Shown: positions 39,637-51,737 of the stretch, piece after piece
How the letters are laid out: each line of letters starts with the position of its first letter
Numbering within the stretch: position 1 is the stretch's first letter
From: Bigelowiella natans CCMP2755
Taxonomy: Eukaryota; Protista; Cercozoa
Length of the DNA: 61,644 nt
Direction of reading: 5' to 3'
NCBI GenBank assembly: GCA_000320545.1
Contig: ADNK01000442.1
Coordinates: 1 to 61,644, forward strand
Translations under genes and position numbers: made by a program
The notes under the pieces: model-generated
What the model was told of the DNA's origin: nothing
Databases searched by the model: none
What the model saw: the letters and a program-made list of their open reading frames with translations, nothing else

Positions 39637-41159
39637 ATGTCCTCGTACCTGCTCGTGGCAGCGCTTTTTGCAGGGGCGTCCACACTCTCTGTTGCGGCCG
39701 CCCCGTCGGGCCGCCGCGTCGCCAACACGAGGAGGCTACTCGACCTTAGGAGGTACTTACGAATGCTAGATAAGGAGATTGATGTGAAGGAACCATCATC
39801 CAATGGATTCATGGGAGCTCGTTGCTTGTCGAAACGTAACGAGTGGCTCAGAGCAAGGACAGCTTCATGGTGCTGAAATTCTTCTCTTTCTGTAGTGTTG
39901 GACGTCGTGAAGCGTCTATAGCTTCGTTACTGACGCCTACAGTTTTGTTGGGCCGCTTGCATCGTGGAACGGCGCGTGCGGATGAGAATCAAATCGATTG
40001 GAGGTAAGCAACCGAGAGCGAAAGGATAACATACGAATGCGACGATGGCGGTGCGCAATAGGTCCGTTGTAGGACCAGTTATTGACCATTATAAATCCTA
40101 CCCTGGATTAAAGGCAACGTCAAGACGCCGTCGTTACTCTGTATGCTCTCCATTGAACGTGGCTTAATTCTGCATAATTCAGAAAAGTGAGCGACGAAGA
40201 GTGGAAGAAGAGACTCACTCCAGAGCAGTATTTCATCCTTCGAGACAGGGGAACCGAACGACCTTTCAGTAGCCCCCTGTATTAAATGCTTAGTATCGTA
40301 TTTCAGCTGCTCTTCCTCTTCTTCACGATTCCCCCGTTCTCACCCCTCTGGTTCAAAAAGGTACAATGAGAAGCGCAAGGGGACGTACCATTGCTCAGGT
40401 ACTAATTTCTGCATTGAAAATTCGTTTGACTGCAATACTTCCCTGATCGGCGGTCCTTCCCGTCTTTGCAACTCAAATTCTCGCTGCAGGATGCGGCACA
40501 CCGTTATTTGAAAGTTCGAAGAAGTTCAACAGCGGAACGGTCCTAAGACCAGTAGCATGAAACTATAAGAGGAAACACAAGAGTTTTTAATGTTGTTTGT
40601 CTTAGTAAGCCTCTCCCCTCGCGTATGCCTCTCACACCAAGTTGTACATCATAGGGATGGCCCTCGTTCTACGACGGTCTTCCAGGAGTTGAGGTACATT
40701 ATCGATTGAGAAGCAGCGGCCGTGTATACCTTTTTTTGTGTTGCCGATAGGAGAGGAATTTTATGCGTTATCTCAGGTGAAAGGAGGGGGTTTAGCAGCC
40801 CTTGTGGGGCTAGCAGGGGAGGAGCTAGTATGCAGGACATGTGAAGGTCATTTGGGCGATAGATTTAACGACGGCATCCTTTGGAACACTCCGACAGGGC
40901 TGCGGTATTTGCGACATATACAACACAATGCATAAAGAGCCAGTAGCACTGAGCTTAATCTAGGGAGTAGATATTGCTATCTATTTACTTATAATTCGTG
41001 CAGGTTTAGAGGTTCTACATTCATCCATGCACTGTGTTAGCTTATCGCCCACAAGGCTGGACTCAGTATCTTACTTATTCTATATTCCATGACAGGTATT
41101 GCATCGATGGATATGCTTTACAATTTAAACCTTCAGCTGGCGACGACAGTATGAGCTAA
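39637..41159 (+). CDS. msrB: Methionine-R-sulfoxide reductase B-like protein with tripartite targeting presequence, 8 exons
   Basis: [75 protein letters not shown]; stop TAA at 41159. Confidence 0.9.
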
Positions 41160-41597
41160 ATAAAGATCCATTCTATAATTATCAAGCTGCGCAGTGCAAA
41201 AAATATTTTGAAATATAATCTTTCATAAAGACTTTTACATTTCAATGCATGCACATGCGGTACACATACGCGCGCTAGCACGCATGCGCAAATGCATGAT
41301 GCTACACATAGCAGCTGCACATGCAGAATGTACATATGCTTCAGCTTAGCATGCATGAGTTGCATTTATCGCGTGTGATAAGCATCTCTCTCCCATCCTC
41401 AAAATATTCATGATGCATGATGGAAGACCACGGCATCGCATCGTATCCTCGGGTGTTTGTTGGCCATTACCCATAAATGTCCTCACTGCTACTCTTTAAG
41501 TCTGATCTTCGCTCATTGCGTGCTTGACAAATATTTACTGCTAAGTAAAGGCTTGCTAGGGTGTGCATTGTGGCGCAAGAAACGAGGATCTTTTACC

Positions 41598-42974
41598 TTA
41601 CGAACCGTCCGTCTTCTTGATCTTCTTTGCGCTCTTATTCAAATATGTAGCAAAGGCTTTAGCACTTTCCTTGAAAGCTTTTTGTGTGGCTGCTGTCTTC
41701 TCCTCGTTCGATGCGAATTTTTTGGAGGTAACCGCAAGTGCTGCATTTTTGGCAGAGCTCCCTATGCTCCAATCCGCATTTGTGTAGGCTGATATCCTTG
41801 GCATCTCTAAGGATTCAGCCTTCCAGGATTTCTTCATGACATCTAATCGATTGATTTTCGTGAACTTGTCATGAAACACATGGTCTTCAATCCTCTCCCA
41901 GTTCCTTGAATTGATTACCAGATCAAAACCAGGCCCTTCTGCACAGCGCTCGAGTCCGAAATGCGGTTTGGGCGACCCGAAGCTCAAATCAGCACCGGCA
42001 TACGCGAGTTTCCATGGGCCTTTGCCTTTTGAACTAGCTTTCAGACGGTTTCTCAGACGTGTTGCCAGAATAAATCTAGATCCTGCCTTACGAAAATAGT
42101 AGGGTAATGCCTCTAGATCCTCCGCCATCTCTTCTTCAGTCTTATCCACCTGCTCAGAATAATGGAAGTCTTCGTGCTCTTTCTTGTCAAACTCTATGGC
42201 CCAACGGACATCGACATGGCGATAATGAATGTCATGATCTGCAGCGCGTTCAACTTTTGTATCAGTTCCCTTGATCAGGTTGTTAATTGGCGTTCGAGCG
42301 TTTCGGCCCCTCTGCGATCGTATGCCAATAACAATATCCCCTTCTTCAAATGCAGATGTAGAAGAATCAAACACCTCCTTAACTTTAAATCCCTTCTCCA
42401 CCCAAGTTATGTTATTATTTAACTTTAAGTCATTACCATAGTAAGCCCGCAGCACATCTATAGAATATATTAAATCGATGCGAGTTCCAAGATACCATTT
42501 CTGGTCTGCATCACTAAAAAAGAGAATCTTGGGGTTGACACTGTCCACATTCGCTTTCTTGGGATCTGTTCCTTCTTCGAAGAGCTTTCCTGGTTGGATA
42601 TGAGTCGTCATTACTCCTGATTTCTCACCATATCTCTTGAGTCCTTGGTAGTAGACTGGTTTTCCATCGATGAAATCCTTTTTGTTAGAAGCTTTGACGA
42701 ATGGCATTCCAGGTACATTTGAATTTTCGAATTCGGGCATCGCCTCCAAATAGCGAGCAAAATCAGGGTCACGTAGGTAAATGACAGCTGGTTATTCATC
42801 GCCAACTTTGTCTTTTTGGGTGGCACTAGCTATCGGAGACAACGCGCCAATGCCATTTGTTTCGCCGAGATTCTCCCCAATATTCAATGAGGTTGTAGCA
42901 TTGCTGCCTGTGTGTTCCTTAAGGATGCGTGCATGGCTTAAACCCAACATCAGACATGCTGAGATGAGAAGCAT
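41598..42974 (-). CDS. Unknown signal-peptide-bearing protein (~460 codons) interrupted by one in-frame TAA at 42792-42794
   Basis: The signal-peptide ORF (MLLISACLMLGLSHA..) and the 383-aa ORF share a frame: KDKVGDE*PAVIYLRDPDFARYLEAMPEF. No recognisable family. Confidence 0.6.
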
Positions 42975-43657
42975 CACGGCCCGGAACAATGATAGCCGCG
43001 GAGAGGTAGCACTGAATTTGAACAGTTCAAATTGCTTTGAATACGATTGTTCAAATTCTGTTACGACTCAAACGACAAGTGGAATTCCCCGATGATACCG
43101 GTAACTGCTAGATCTATTGGGTTTCTGGAGACTCACAAGAGATAAGTCGAACAGCGCACGATGTTGTGTCGTCAGGACTAAATGTCATGTTATTTTATTA
43201 TTTTACTTCTCTTTTGTTTTGATCAAGATCTAGTCATATGTTCCCACCTTGCCTCGATCTCGTTGGAAAAAATAAAATTAAAGGCCCGAACGGCAAGAAT
43301 GATCGCTTTCGCTGGACAACAGGCAAAAGGGATGGGGAATTTCGAAATTTTACGCAAACTCTTTTGTCGCAGGACGCGTTTGATCTTTGCACAACTTCCC
43401 AGCAACAAGAAATCGTTCGCTCGCAACGAGAAATCGTACGCTCGGACGGCTTCTTCATGATTCAGCATTTCCTTTTGCCAGTGCAAGATTTCAAAACATC
43501 GAAAGTGGCATGCGGTTTTCAGTAGCGACGTAATCAAAATATTATCGCAGGGTCAAAAATTGCATTTTTTCTCGAGAGGCTGGGTGAACCCTGACTGAAA
43601 TTCGGGGAAAAGCACCCTCAAACAGGGAGGAAGAGGCACACAATTCACACAAGAGAA

Positions 43658-45374
43658 ATGCTGCCCCGTACCTGTTCTCCCCCTGTCCCTTCCCTCTCCA
43701 ACTCTTCCTCCTGCTCATCGCTCAAAACTGACGAAAGTAACTTCGTTCGAGAATTTAGTTTTCATACGTTAGTCAGGATGTCGTATCAGCTGAGAGGAAG
43801 AAATCTTCTGTATCTTCGGTGTCTATTTGCTACTTTCTTGCGAACAACTCTGAATAATCATTGCATGACACAGGTGGGAACATGGTTTTTTTTGGCGAGA
43901 ACTTGGACGAGTCCAGCACTATGTCAGAAGATAACGAAATTCTTTTGAGACGAGCCCCTCGCTTTACTGGCTACGATAATTCCAGAAAGCAAGTATACCC
44001 CATGTCCCAAGGTTCATGCAGCGACCAAAAGATTGCGGACAACGGGACCAATAGAGACAGTATCAATGAAATCAAGGAAAGCATTCTAGAAGCATGTCTT
44101 AGTTCTATCCCGCAGCGAAAGCTTGGTAGGGGAAAGCTTTCACTGCCAGCCTTTGTCTTCGATATCGACGGGGTGTTCAAAAACGGTGGGAAGTATGCTG
44201 AATTCGGAGCCAAAGCAATCCGTAAACTTCAAAGAGCCCACATTCCCTATGTTTTCATGACAAATGGCGGTGGTGGTCGCACGGAGAAGCAGTACGCAGA
44301 AGTAATGAATGAAAAGCTTTCGCAGTTCGACTCCGAGAGGCGAGGTCCTGCGGAATATGTGAGAGAAAACCAGATGATCCTAAGCTACACACCCTTCCGA
44401 ACCCATCTTACGCACTTGAAGAATGAGCCCGTTCTCATTGTCGGCTGCCCACGTGCCATCCATACAGCAAGGAAGTACGGCTTCACAAGAGCCATGGCGC
44501 TGTCTGAATATGCAAGGCGGCATCCCACCATGAATCCCTTTAAGAAAGGTGGTTGTGAGAAGGACGGGAAGGTGATCACCACGGGAATAAAAGAACGGTG
44601 GAACGAAAATTTTCGCGCTGTTTTGGTCTTCACAGACCCTCAAGGTTACTTATTTCCAAACAAACACTCCGAAAAAATGGTTGTAAAATCGCGCTGACTT
44701 TGATTCTCACTCCCCCCTTGAGTCTCACTCCTCTACCACCCGTGATCCCTTTCCTCACTGCAGACTTCTTCGAGGCGCTACAGATCGTAACCGATGTCTT
44801 ACTGTCTAGCCGGCCCGGAGAACAGGAGTTTGAGCCATCGCATCGCATCCCTATTGTCTTCTCGAACCCCGACCTGCTCTGGAAAACCCAGTACGCCCAC
44901 GCACGTTTTGGACAGGGGGCGTTCCGACTCTCACTGGAGGCATGCTATAAGGCCCGAATGCAAGCTATGGGCCTCAATAGAGAGGAGATAGATGATCGGT
45001 TGAACGACTTCATCCAATTTGGAAAACCAGAACCCGCACAGTTCATCCACGCACGCACTGCAGCGTTGACCCAGGCAGAGGGTAAAGGGCAGGACGGCTG
45101 CTCGATCTCCCATTTCTACATGGTGGGAGATAACCCACGCTCGGACATCACCGGTGCTGTTCGCATGCAGAAGCTTGTTGCTGAAAGCAAAAACGAGCGT
45201 GCTCATGGTTGGTCTGGAATGCTTGTCAAAACCGGTGTCTGGCAGGAGGGGGACGACACGATGGGGGCGTCGGAGATCCATAGAAACGTTGTGGATGTCA
45301 TCGATGCTGTTCTCAAGAGACACAAACGGGAAATCGCACAGTTTACTAATACAATAGAAGCGATGCGGCTATGA
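43658..45374 (+). CDS. HAD-superfamily class IIA hydrolase, HDHD5/CECR5-like, 3 exons
   Basis: FVFDIDGV (motif I), FMTNGGG, SNPDLLW..RFGQGAF, FGKP, MVGDNPRSDITGA, LVKTGV. Confidence 0.9.
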
Positions 45375-46416
45375 TCAATTTTCTGCTGTATCGTACATAC
45401 AAACCACGTACGAGATATTTATCCCTTTTCATCGTTGCTGGAGTATACACATAGCGACATTCTTAAGCGTTCGTAAGTGACTGAAAACAAGGAGATGACT
45501 GCTGTAGAATAGCATTCGGCCTTTTAACTATTTTGCAATCTGAACCAGTATGTTTGATTATTTTCCCGCTAGATTCACAAATTTTAGTCTCGCGACGAGT
45601 ACAGAAATGCTGCTTTACGATCTTGCTATTATGTAGAATTTTTGTTCTATATGAGTATCCTTGACACTAATGTTATGAGAGCTATATCTTGGTCGTTTAC
45701 CCCATCCAAATCTTTCAGGGATATTGTCTTTGGTAATTGAGCTTCGTGAGAACTGATTCCGTTCATCTCATGAACTTTAGGATGTAAAATATAAAGAGCG
45801 TTATTTAATTTAAGTTTTTTGCAATCTACTAATTATAATCGAGCTGATTTACTACCGGTCGTCAACACTCCAAGTTTGTGTAACATGCTATGGAGTATAT
45901 TTTCCGTTGGAAGCATGCTATGTCTCCTCACCCTATGTTGATGCTAAGTCAAGCCTGCCCACACTAAATTCCATGCTTGCCGCCTAGTGTGTCCGTCATG
46001 CAAGCCGCTGTCGATGCATATACTAATGACGAGCGACGTACGTACGATAACTTTCCCGAAAAAACTCAATTTTTCTTTCCTGATGATAATGTTATGGTAC
46101 GTTTCATCGTGCACGCATATGGCTTGACAACGTTTAAAAAATGACAGTGTCAATGCCTGCCCGCGTACCTATTTGCACCAATAATAGCGCCATATATTTG
46201 CATAGATACGTACATGCAGCTTTAACATCGCACACAACTATCCACAGGCAGATCGCTTCGCAAATGATGATCAAATATAGAATTTATTGTTCAATTGTAG
46301 TGCAAGAACACCTTTTGAGCACACATGCACGCGTGAATCGTGACATGATGTTCTTGCCTGGCTAGCTGGAGTAGTCATGTTATGTGTGATACTCGAACGC
46401 AGAAACACGTCGCGTT

Positions 46417-47742
46417 TTACTGCTTGCATTTTTTTCGTGAGCACATCGCGTGCATTCCTACTACAGCAGTAAGAGCACCAACAACCATCCCTAGACCAAA
46501 TGTCAGGACCTTGCAACCAGGGAACAGGAAACCTCTGCTGCGACTAGCTACTCCTTCACCGAGCAAACCTTTAATCTCTAGAAAAGTCCCATCCTTTGCT
46601 CTCATTACTGGCATTTCCTCTAAAACGACGCCTTGGGCTGGAATCCCGCCAAGGAGATGAGGAAAGAGCTGGTCACCCATGTCGATCGCACTGATGTCAC
46701 CGACGGGAGCTGTCTTCTCGAAGATAACCTGAACACAAATGATCGAACAAGAATAAATATCTTAAATAGGGGAAGAGAATCACTATGATTGTAAGTAATG
46801 CACTTTTTCCATAGAGAGGAACGACAAATGGGAGTTGGCAAAGTCTCAGCTACGTCGCGCTAAGCCTCTCGCAAAGCCTCTCTAACAAGCACAACCGTCA
46901 CCTTGACTCCGCCTCTCTCAAGATGTACTCGATCGGTCCTCAGGCACACATATTCATCCTTAACATCTTTGTAAAAGTGGTTGAGTACGTCGATGAGCTT
47001 CGTTGGGTCCGCCGTGGCATGCGTGAACTTGCCATCCTGTACAAATGTGGGCGGGTAGTAGATCCCACTCTTTGACTGCTTCGCTGCCTCCCAGAGCGAT
47101 TTCTTGGCAACATGATACAACCACGGGTGTTTTGCAGACTCGTGCATTGCTGTCAGCTTCATCATCGCCTCGCCCGTCTTGGCGTGGTTGTTGCCTTCCT
47201 CATCCTCCCTGCCACAATTGTCAGTGGAGAACGCCGGGAGGCATATCGGGATATACTTGCAGGGACCTGGCCATCTCCACTTGACGCGCATGCCTGCCGG
47301 GAGGAAGGCTCCTGAGCCAGCCTCCACAGTCGTGGAAGAGCCGTCCGAGTAACGGAGCTCAACTTTGCCTTCAAGGACCATGACGTACTCGTCGAACTGA
47401 TATTATTAGGTTGTTGAAAAAAGCGCTTAATGTAATAGAAACCGTGCGCAGAGCTTAGTGAACTAAGTAATCGTGCCGCTAAGCCTAGATCCACCATCCC
47501 GAATCTGTCCTCACACCAAAGCCACTCTTCAATACCTGAGGTGTTTGCCATGCCTCCTCCGACGCCTTCTTCACAGAGACCTCGCAGGCGGAGAGGCGAG
47601 CGTCGCGAGATGCGATTCGACCGAAAAATTCTCGAATGGTTATGTCTTTCGCGTCGACGACGGACACTGGCTTGAAAGTAATCGCCTGGTCTTTCTGACC
47701 GTTGGAAACCGGCTTCGGTATGTTCTGCTTGGCCTCCCCCAT
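46417..47742 (-). CDS. Cupin + DUF952 fusion with C-terminal transmembrane tail anchor, 3 exons
   Basis: Cupin: IREFFGRIAS..EAWQTPQ|FDEYVMVLEG..YIPICLPAFS. DUF952: LYHVA..W..A..YYPPTF..DG.FTHAT..NHFY..FPHLLGGIP. Tail: VLTFGLGMVVGALTAVVGMHAM-CSRKKCKQ*. Confidence 0.8.
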
Positions 47743-48040
47743 CGCTGCGGTGGTACACGTTCTGGCAACAGGCTGTGGTGGTGCGACGATGGGGGAATCG
47801 AATGCGGATTTTACCCTGCGACAACGTAAAACTTGTGATTTTCACTATATGGGAGGAAATCACAAATTTTCAGCATTAACCGCCCTACAGACTACGATGG
47901 AAATACCTCAAAAAAAAATTGTGACACGCTTGAATTCCATTGTCGCAGGGGTAAAAGTACAATGTTTTTATCGAAGTTTGTCGGCATTCGACCGCTTCTC
48001 TTCTTCCCCCTTCCCTCCCACCCCACCTTCTGTAGTACTC

Positions 48041-49395
48041 ATGTCTTGGGCCAAAGGCTTGACGGGCGAGGCTTTGGAGGAGGTTTCTTCCCGCAAACCT
48101 TCAAATTCGCATTTTACTGTAGTATATCGCGAGATGGCCTCACCCACACCTTTCTCATTCCAATTTGACGCATGGCTGCCTGCTTGCATGCATGCATGCA
48201 TCAACTTGTTCAGTACAAGCGGGTCTTGGGCCGTGAGGCGTACCACGATGAAGCAAAGATGCACGGCCACGCTGGCCAAAAAACGCAAGCTAAGAAGGTA
48301 CATCTGCGGTGAGCGATGAGAAAGTCGTTTTCCCTTCGTTCTCGAGCATATATTGTACCTTCACCCGCACGCCGTATCGGAACTTTAGACCTTGCGCGTG
48401 CTCCTTATACAAACCGGGGGCACCATCGACAAGGACTATCCGAGAAAGACAAAGGGTATCGTGTGGTTAAGATTTTGTGAAGGAACCAAGACAAGAATAT
48501 CTAAGTGTATGTAAAATACGACTTTTCTAGGCTATGCATTTGAGATCGCTGATGCTGCTATCGTACGTGTTCTCTCGGGACTTGACTTGGATATGAGCTT
48601 CAGAACGGTCACGGCCTGTCGTAAGGTCGTTCATTATACAAAAGTTCTCAGCCGTTTTCCTGCTTTTGTCCCCGGCCGGACAATCTTATATCATGATATA
48701 GCGACTAGAATCATCATCATCATCATCATCGTCATCACTGGTGGCCGCTGCATCCTGCTGCTGCTGAAGGGTACCCCTCCTTTCCGTTTCTTCTAGGATG
48801 AATGATTGGTTTGCCCGTCATGTATGTAGGACTCTACCGAGATCACGAACGCTGATCGAACGAAGATAATGATGCAGTGTATGAAGACAAAAGCGAAGCA
48901 TATAATCATCACCCATGGAACCGATACCATGATACAGACGGCAGAATTTCTTGGCAACGCCCAGAAATGGCGAAAGGTGATTTTTCAGACGCGAGCCGCA
49001 CATCCATTCCATTTCGATCCCCGAGGTTGCGAGCATAATGGGCACTTCTCGGCGCAACAATCTAATAACACAGGTGCTGAAGAATAAGGTCATCATCATC
49101 ACGGGCGCGATGAAACCAGAGAAGTTCAAGGATAGCGATGCAGCCTTCAACGTCGGCGTCGCCGTTGGAGGATTATCGATGTGCAAGGTAATAGTAATTT
49201 CACGCAATTAGACCATTGATAGTCTTTTGGATTACATGCTATTTGGGTATGGTTTTGTTGTGCTCCTCTTTTCTATAGCCGGGGGTGTACGTGGCCATGC
49301 ATGGACAGATTATTGAACATGCAAACGCCGGGAGGGATCTCAGGACGGGGAGATTTATAGTGAAGAGAACGAAGAGGCCCAAGTCGAAGCTTTGA
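48041..49395 (+). CDS. Short-chain L-asparaginase (N-terminal domain only) with PTS1, about 7 exons
   Basis: LLIQTGGTIDKDY, KDSTEI, ITHGTDTM, ITGAMKP..SDAAFNVG, PGVYVAMHG; ends KRPKSKL*. Confidence 0.85.
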
Positions 49396-50136
49396 ACCAG
49401 ATCGGTATCATGGAGAATGCTAGATGCTCGTGGCGCAGAAACAACGACCCCTACCTAGTCATAACCGACGCTTTGTAATTTTATAATTTATACTCTATAA
49501 TACCTGAAATCTTCATGTTTATTAAGTCAAAGCAAATTAATGGATACCCCCGAATATCTTGCTTGCTCGAAGCTTGAAGTTGTTACGTCGCGCGCGAACG
49601 CTCGCTTAATTTATAGAAAGAACACCTAGCATGCTACGCACTATGTATTATAGTCCTTTGTTATGTGATAAAAAATATACAACGTACGTATTCCAGAGGA
49701 GGATGCGTCCGTATAATTAGAGTGTAGCACATCACACTTGTACACATCCGGCAACGCGTGTATACGCTGACACGCTGCTAGACGAACGTGTACATATACT
49801 CCATGCATCGTAGCTATCTAGAGATATGCATGCATTTGTATTTCGAGGTTATTTGCGCCGAAATATATGCTGAAGACCAATCATAATGATAAAGCGTAAT
49901 AGCTGCATCTCACATCATGTGCCATTCACCAGGATACATCGCTAATCAAACAGTAGCATTCCATTACGGAGCTATACATCTAAGTTAGCCATCATGACTT
50001 TGTAAGAGAGGACGCAAACAATGAGATCAAATGCTTATCTTAGTATGCGAGCCACACCTCGATCACGGGTTGCACGTCTAGATCTCGGCTGCATGTTTCG
50101 ATTATGACCCAAGTTCCTCATTCATATCACCGATGT

Positions 50137-51686
50137 TCAAGACTTCTTGCTTCGGAGGCGTCGTGTGTGTTGTCGTGCCGATCTTCGATTTCTTTTGTTG
50201 TTCTTCGCGGCATCAATTTTCATGTCGTCGTCATTGCTCGCACCCTTCGGTTTGGAATTGTCTGGATTTTCACGTTGTAGCCATTTGAGAACTGTTTGAG
50301 CTGAGGAAGCTGCCTCCGCTTTCTTCTCAGGTTTCTTATCCCCCACATTATCACTGCCCTTTTTGTCATCGTCGTCTTCATCGTCATCTTCATCGTTATC
50401 ATCATTGCTATTGTCACTACTACCGTCACTGTCATTACCATTTCCATCTTCCTCCTCCTCTTCCTCCTCTTCCTCCTCCTCTTCCTCATCTTCCTCCTCC
50501 TCCTCCTCTTCGATGTCGCCGTCGCCTTCGTCACTCTTCCCACTCCCCTTGCGGTCACCGACGGCATCAAAAAAGAATAGTTGTGCCTGGTCGTCGCCAT
50601 CTTTTTCTTGACTATCAAAGTGCTTATAGTCTCCTTGTGTATCATCCAATGATTTTCTGTTATCGTCTTGGTCATCACTCTCGGACTCTTCCTCGGCTTT
50701 CGCAGAGCTATTAATCTCGTTTTTCCTGCCCTTGAGAATCGCAATTGGGACAGATTTCGACACAGCCGCAAGGGAGCTACAATCTGCCTTGATTTCCAGC
50801 CCGAAATCGTCCCCTGATATTAGGGCAAGTAATATGTGAAACGCCTTACGTTGCGATGATTGTCTCGCCGATGTGTGCGATGCAAGGGAACGGTAGCGTC
50901 TATTGAGTTCTAATACTCCTCTCAAAAATTCAAAGAAACCACAAACAGCTATCGAAGATATACACATATACATACATAAATATATAAATGCATACACAGA
51001 TATTATATTACAGAATATTATCTATTTTCCAATTTCATTGTTGTTCAAGTTGCTGCTAGTGTGGTGGTGCTGTCGTCGCGCGACCTTGGATTTCGACGTC
51101 TTCCGCATCAACCATACAGTCGTCGTAGAGTCTCTTCACAACAACTGCAGAGCCTTCAATGCTCTTGAGGCCCTTAAGGACAAGCGCAAGCTCCAAAGCT
51201 AGGAGCTCCCATACATCACCGCCGTCGCCATCTTCATCGTCGTCGTGATTGGAAGAAACCGCTGCGTTAGCACTAATTATGAGGCTGTAGCCTCCCTTTT
51301 CTCCCAGCAGAATCCTCCGCAATATTGCGCAAATCGTAGAGGTAATTCTCTTGGTGGTAGCTTCGGTCGGTGCCTCCGGTGCTTTCTCTCTACTCTTCTT
51401 CTTCTTGTTGTCACGGCCCTTCTTCGTCGCCATGAACGTTCCTTTCAGCTTAGAGATGAGGGCGTTCGCATACCTTGCCAAGTAGAGGTTGGGCAGGGTT
51501 CTCTGATGGCTCCGAGCAGCAAAAAGCGACGACACAGCGGCGGGAGAACAGGTCGGGCCCACGAGATGGAGGTAGTGGACACGGGAGCAGAAGGCCTGGA
51601 GGATCATCGGTTTTCCTTGTGACAGCCCTGGAAGCAAATATCGTCAAGTCACTTAGGAAGGAAGGACGGACGGACGTCAAAGGAGG

Positions 51687-51737
<51 letters not shown>

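Noticed and set aside
39387-39812. 141-aa minus-strand ORF as the 5' end of the zinc-finger gene
   Set aside because: It overlaps msrB exon 1 (clear signal peptide, phase-matched splice) and is likely antisense. Not fully excluded, since a GTAAGT donor exists at 39760.
42788-42806. 19-nt GT..AG segment resembling a nucleomorph-type tiny intron covering the in-frame TAA
   Set aside because: Removing it shifts the frame away from the long ORF, and the window looks like host nuclear DNA.
25999-49395. Functional gene cluster or operon of bacterial-like enzymes
   Set aside because: Genes alternate strands, mostly contain introns, and have unrelated functions and different targeting signals.
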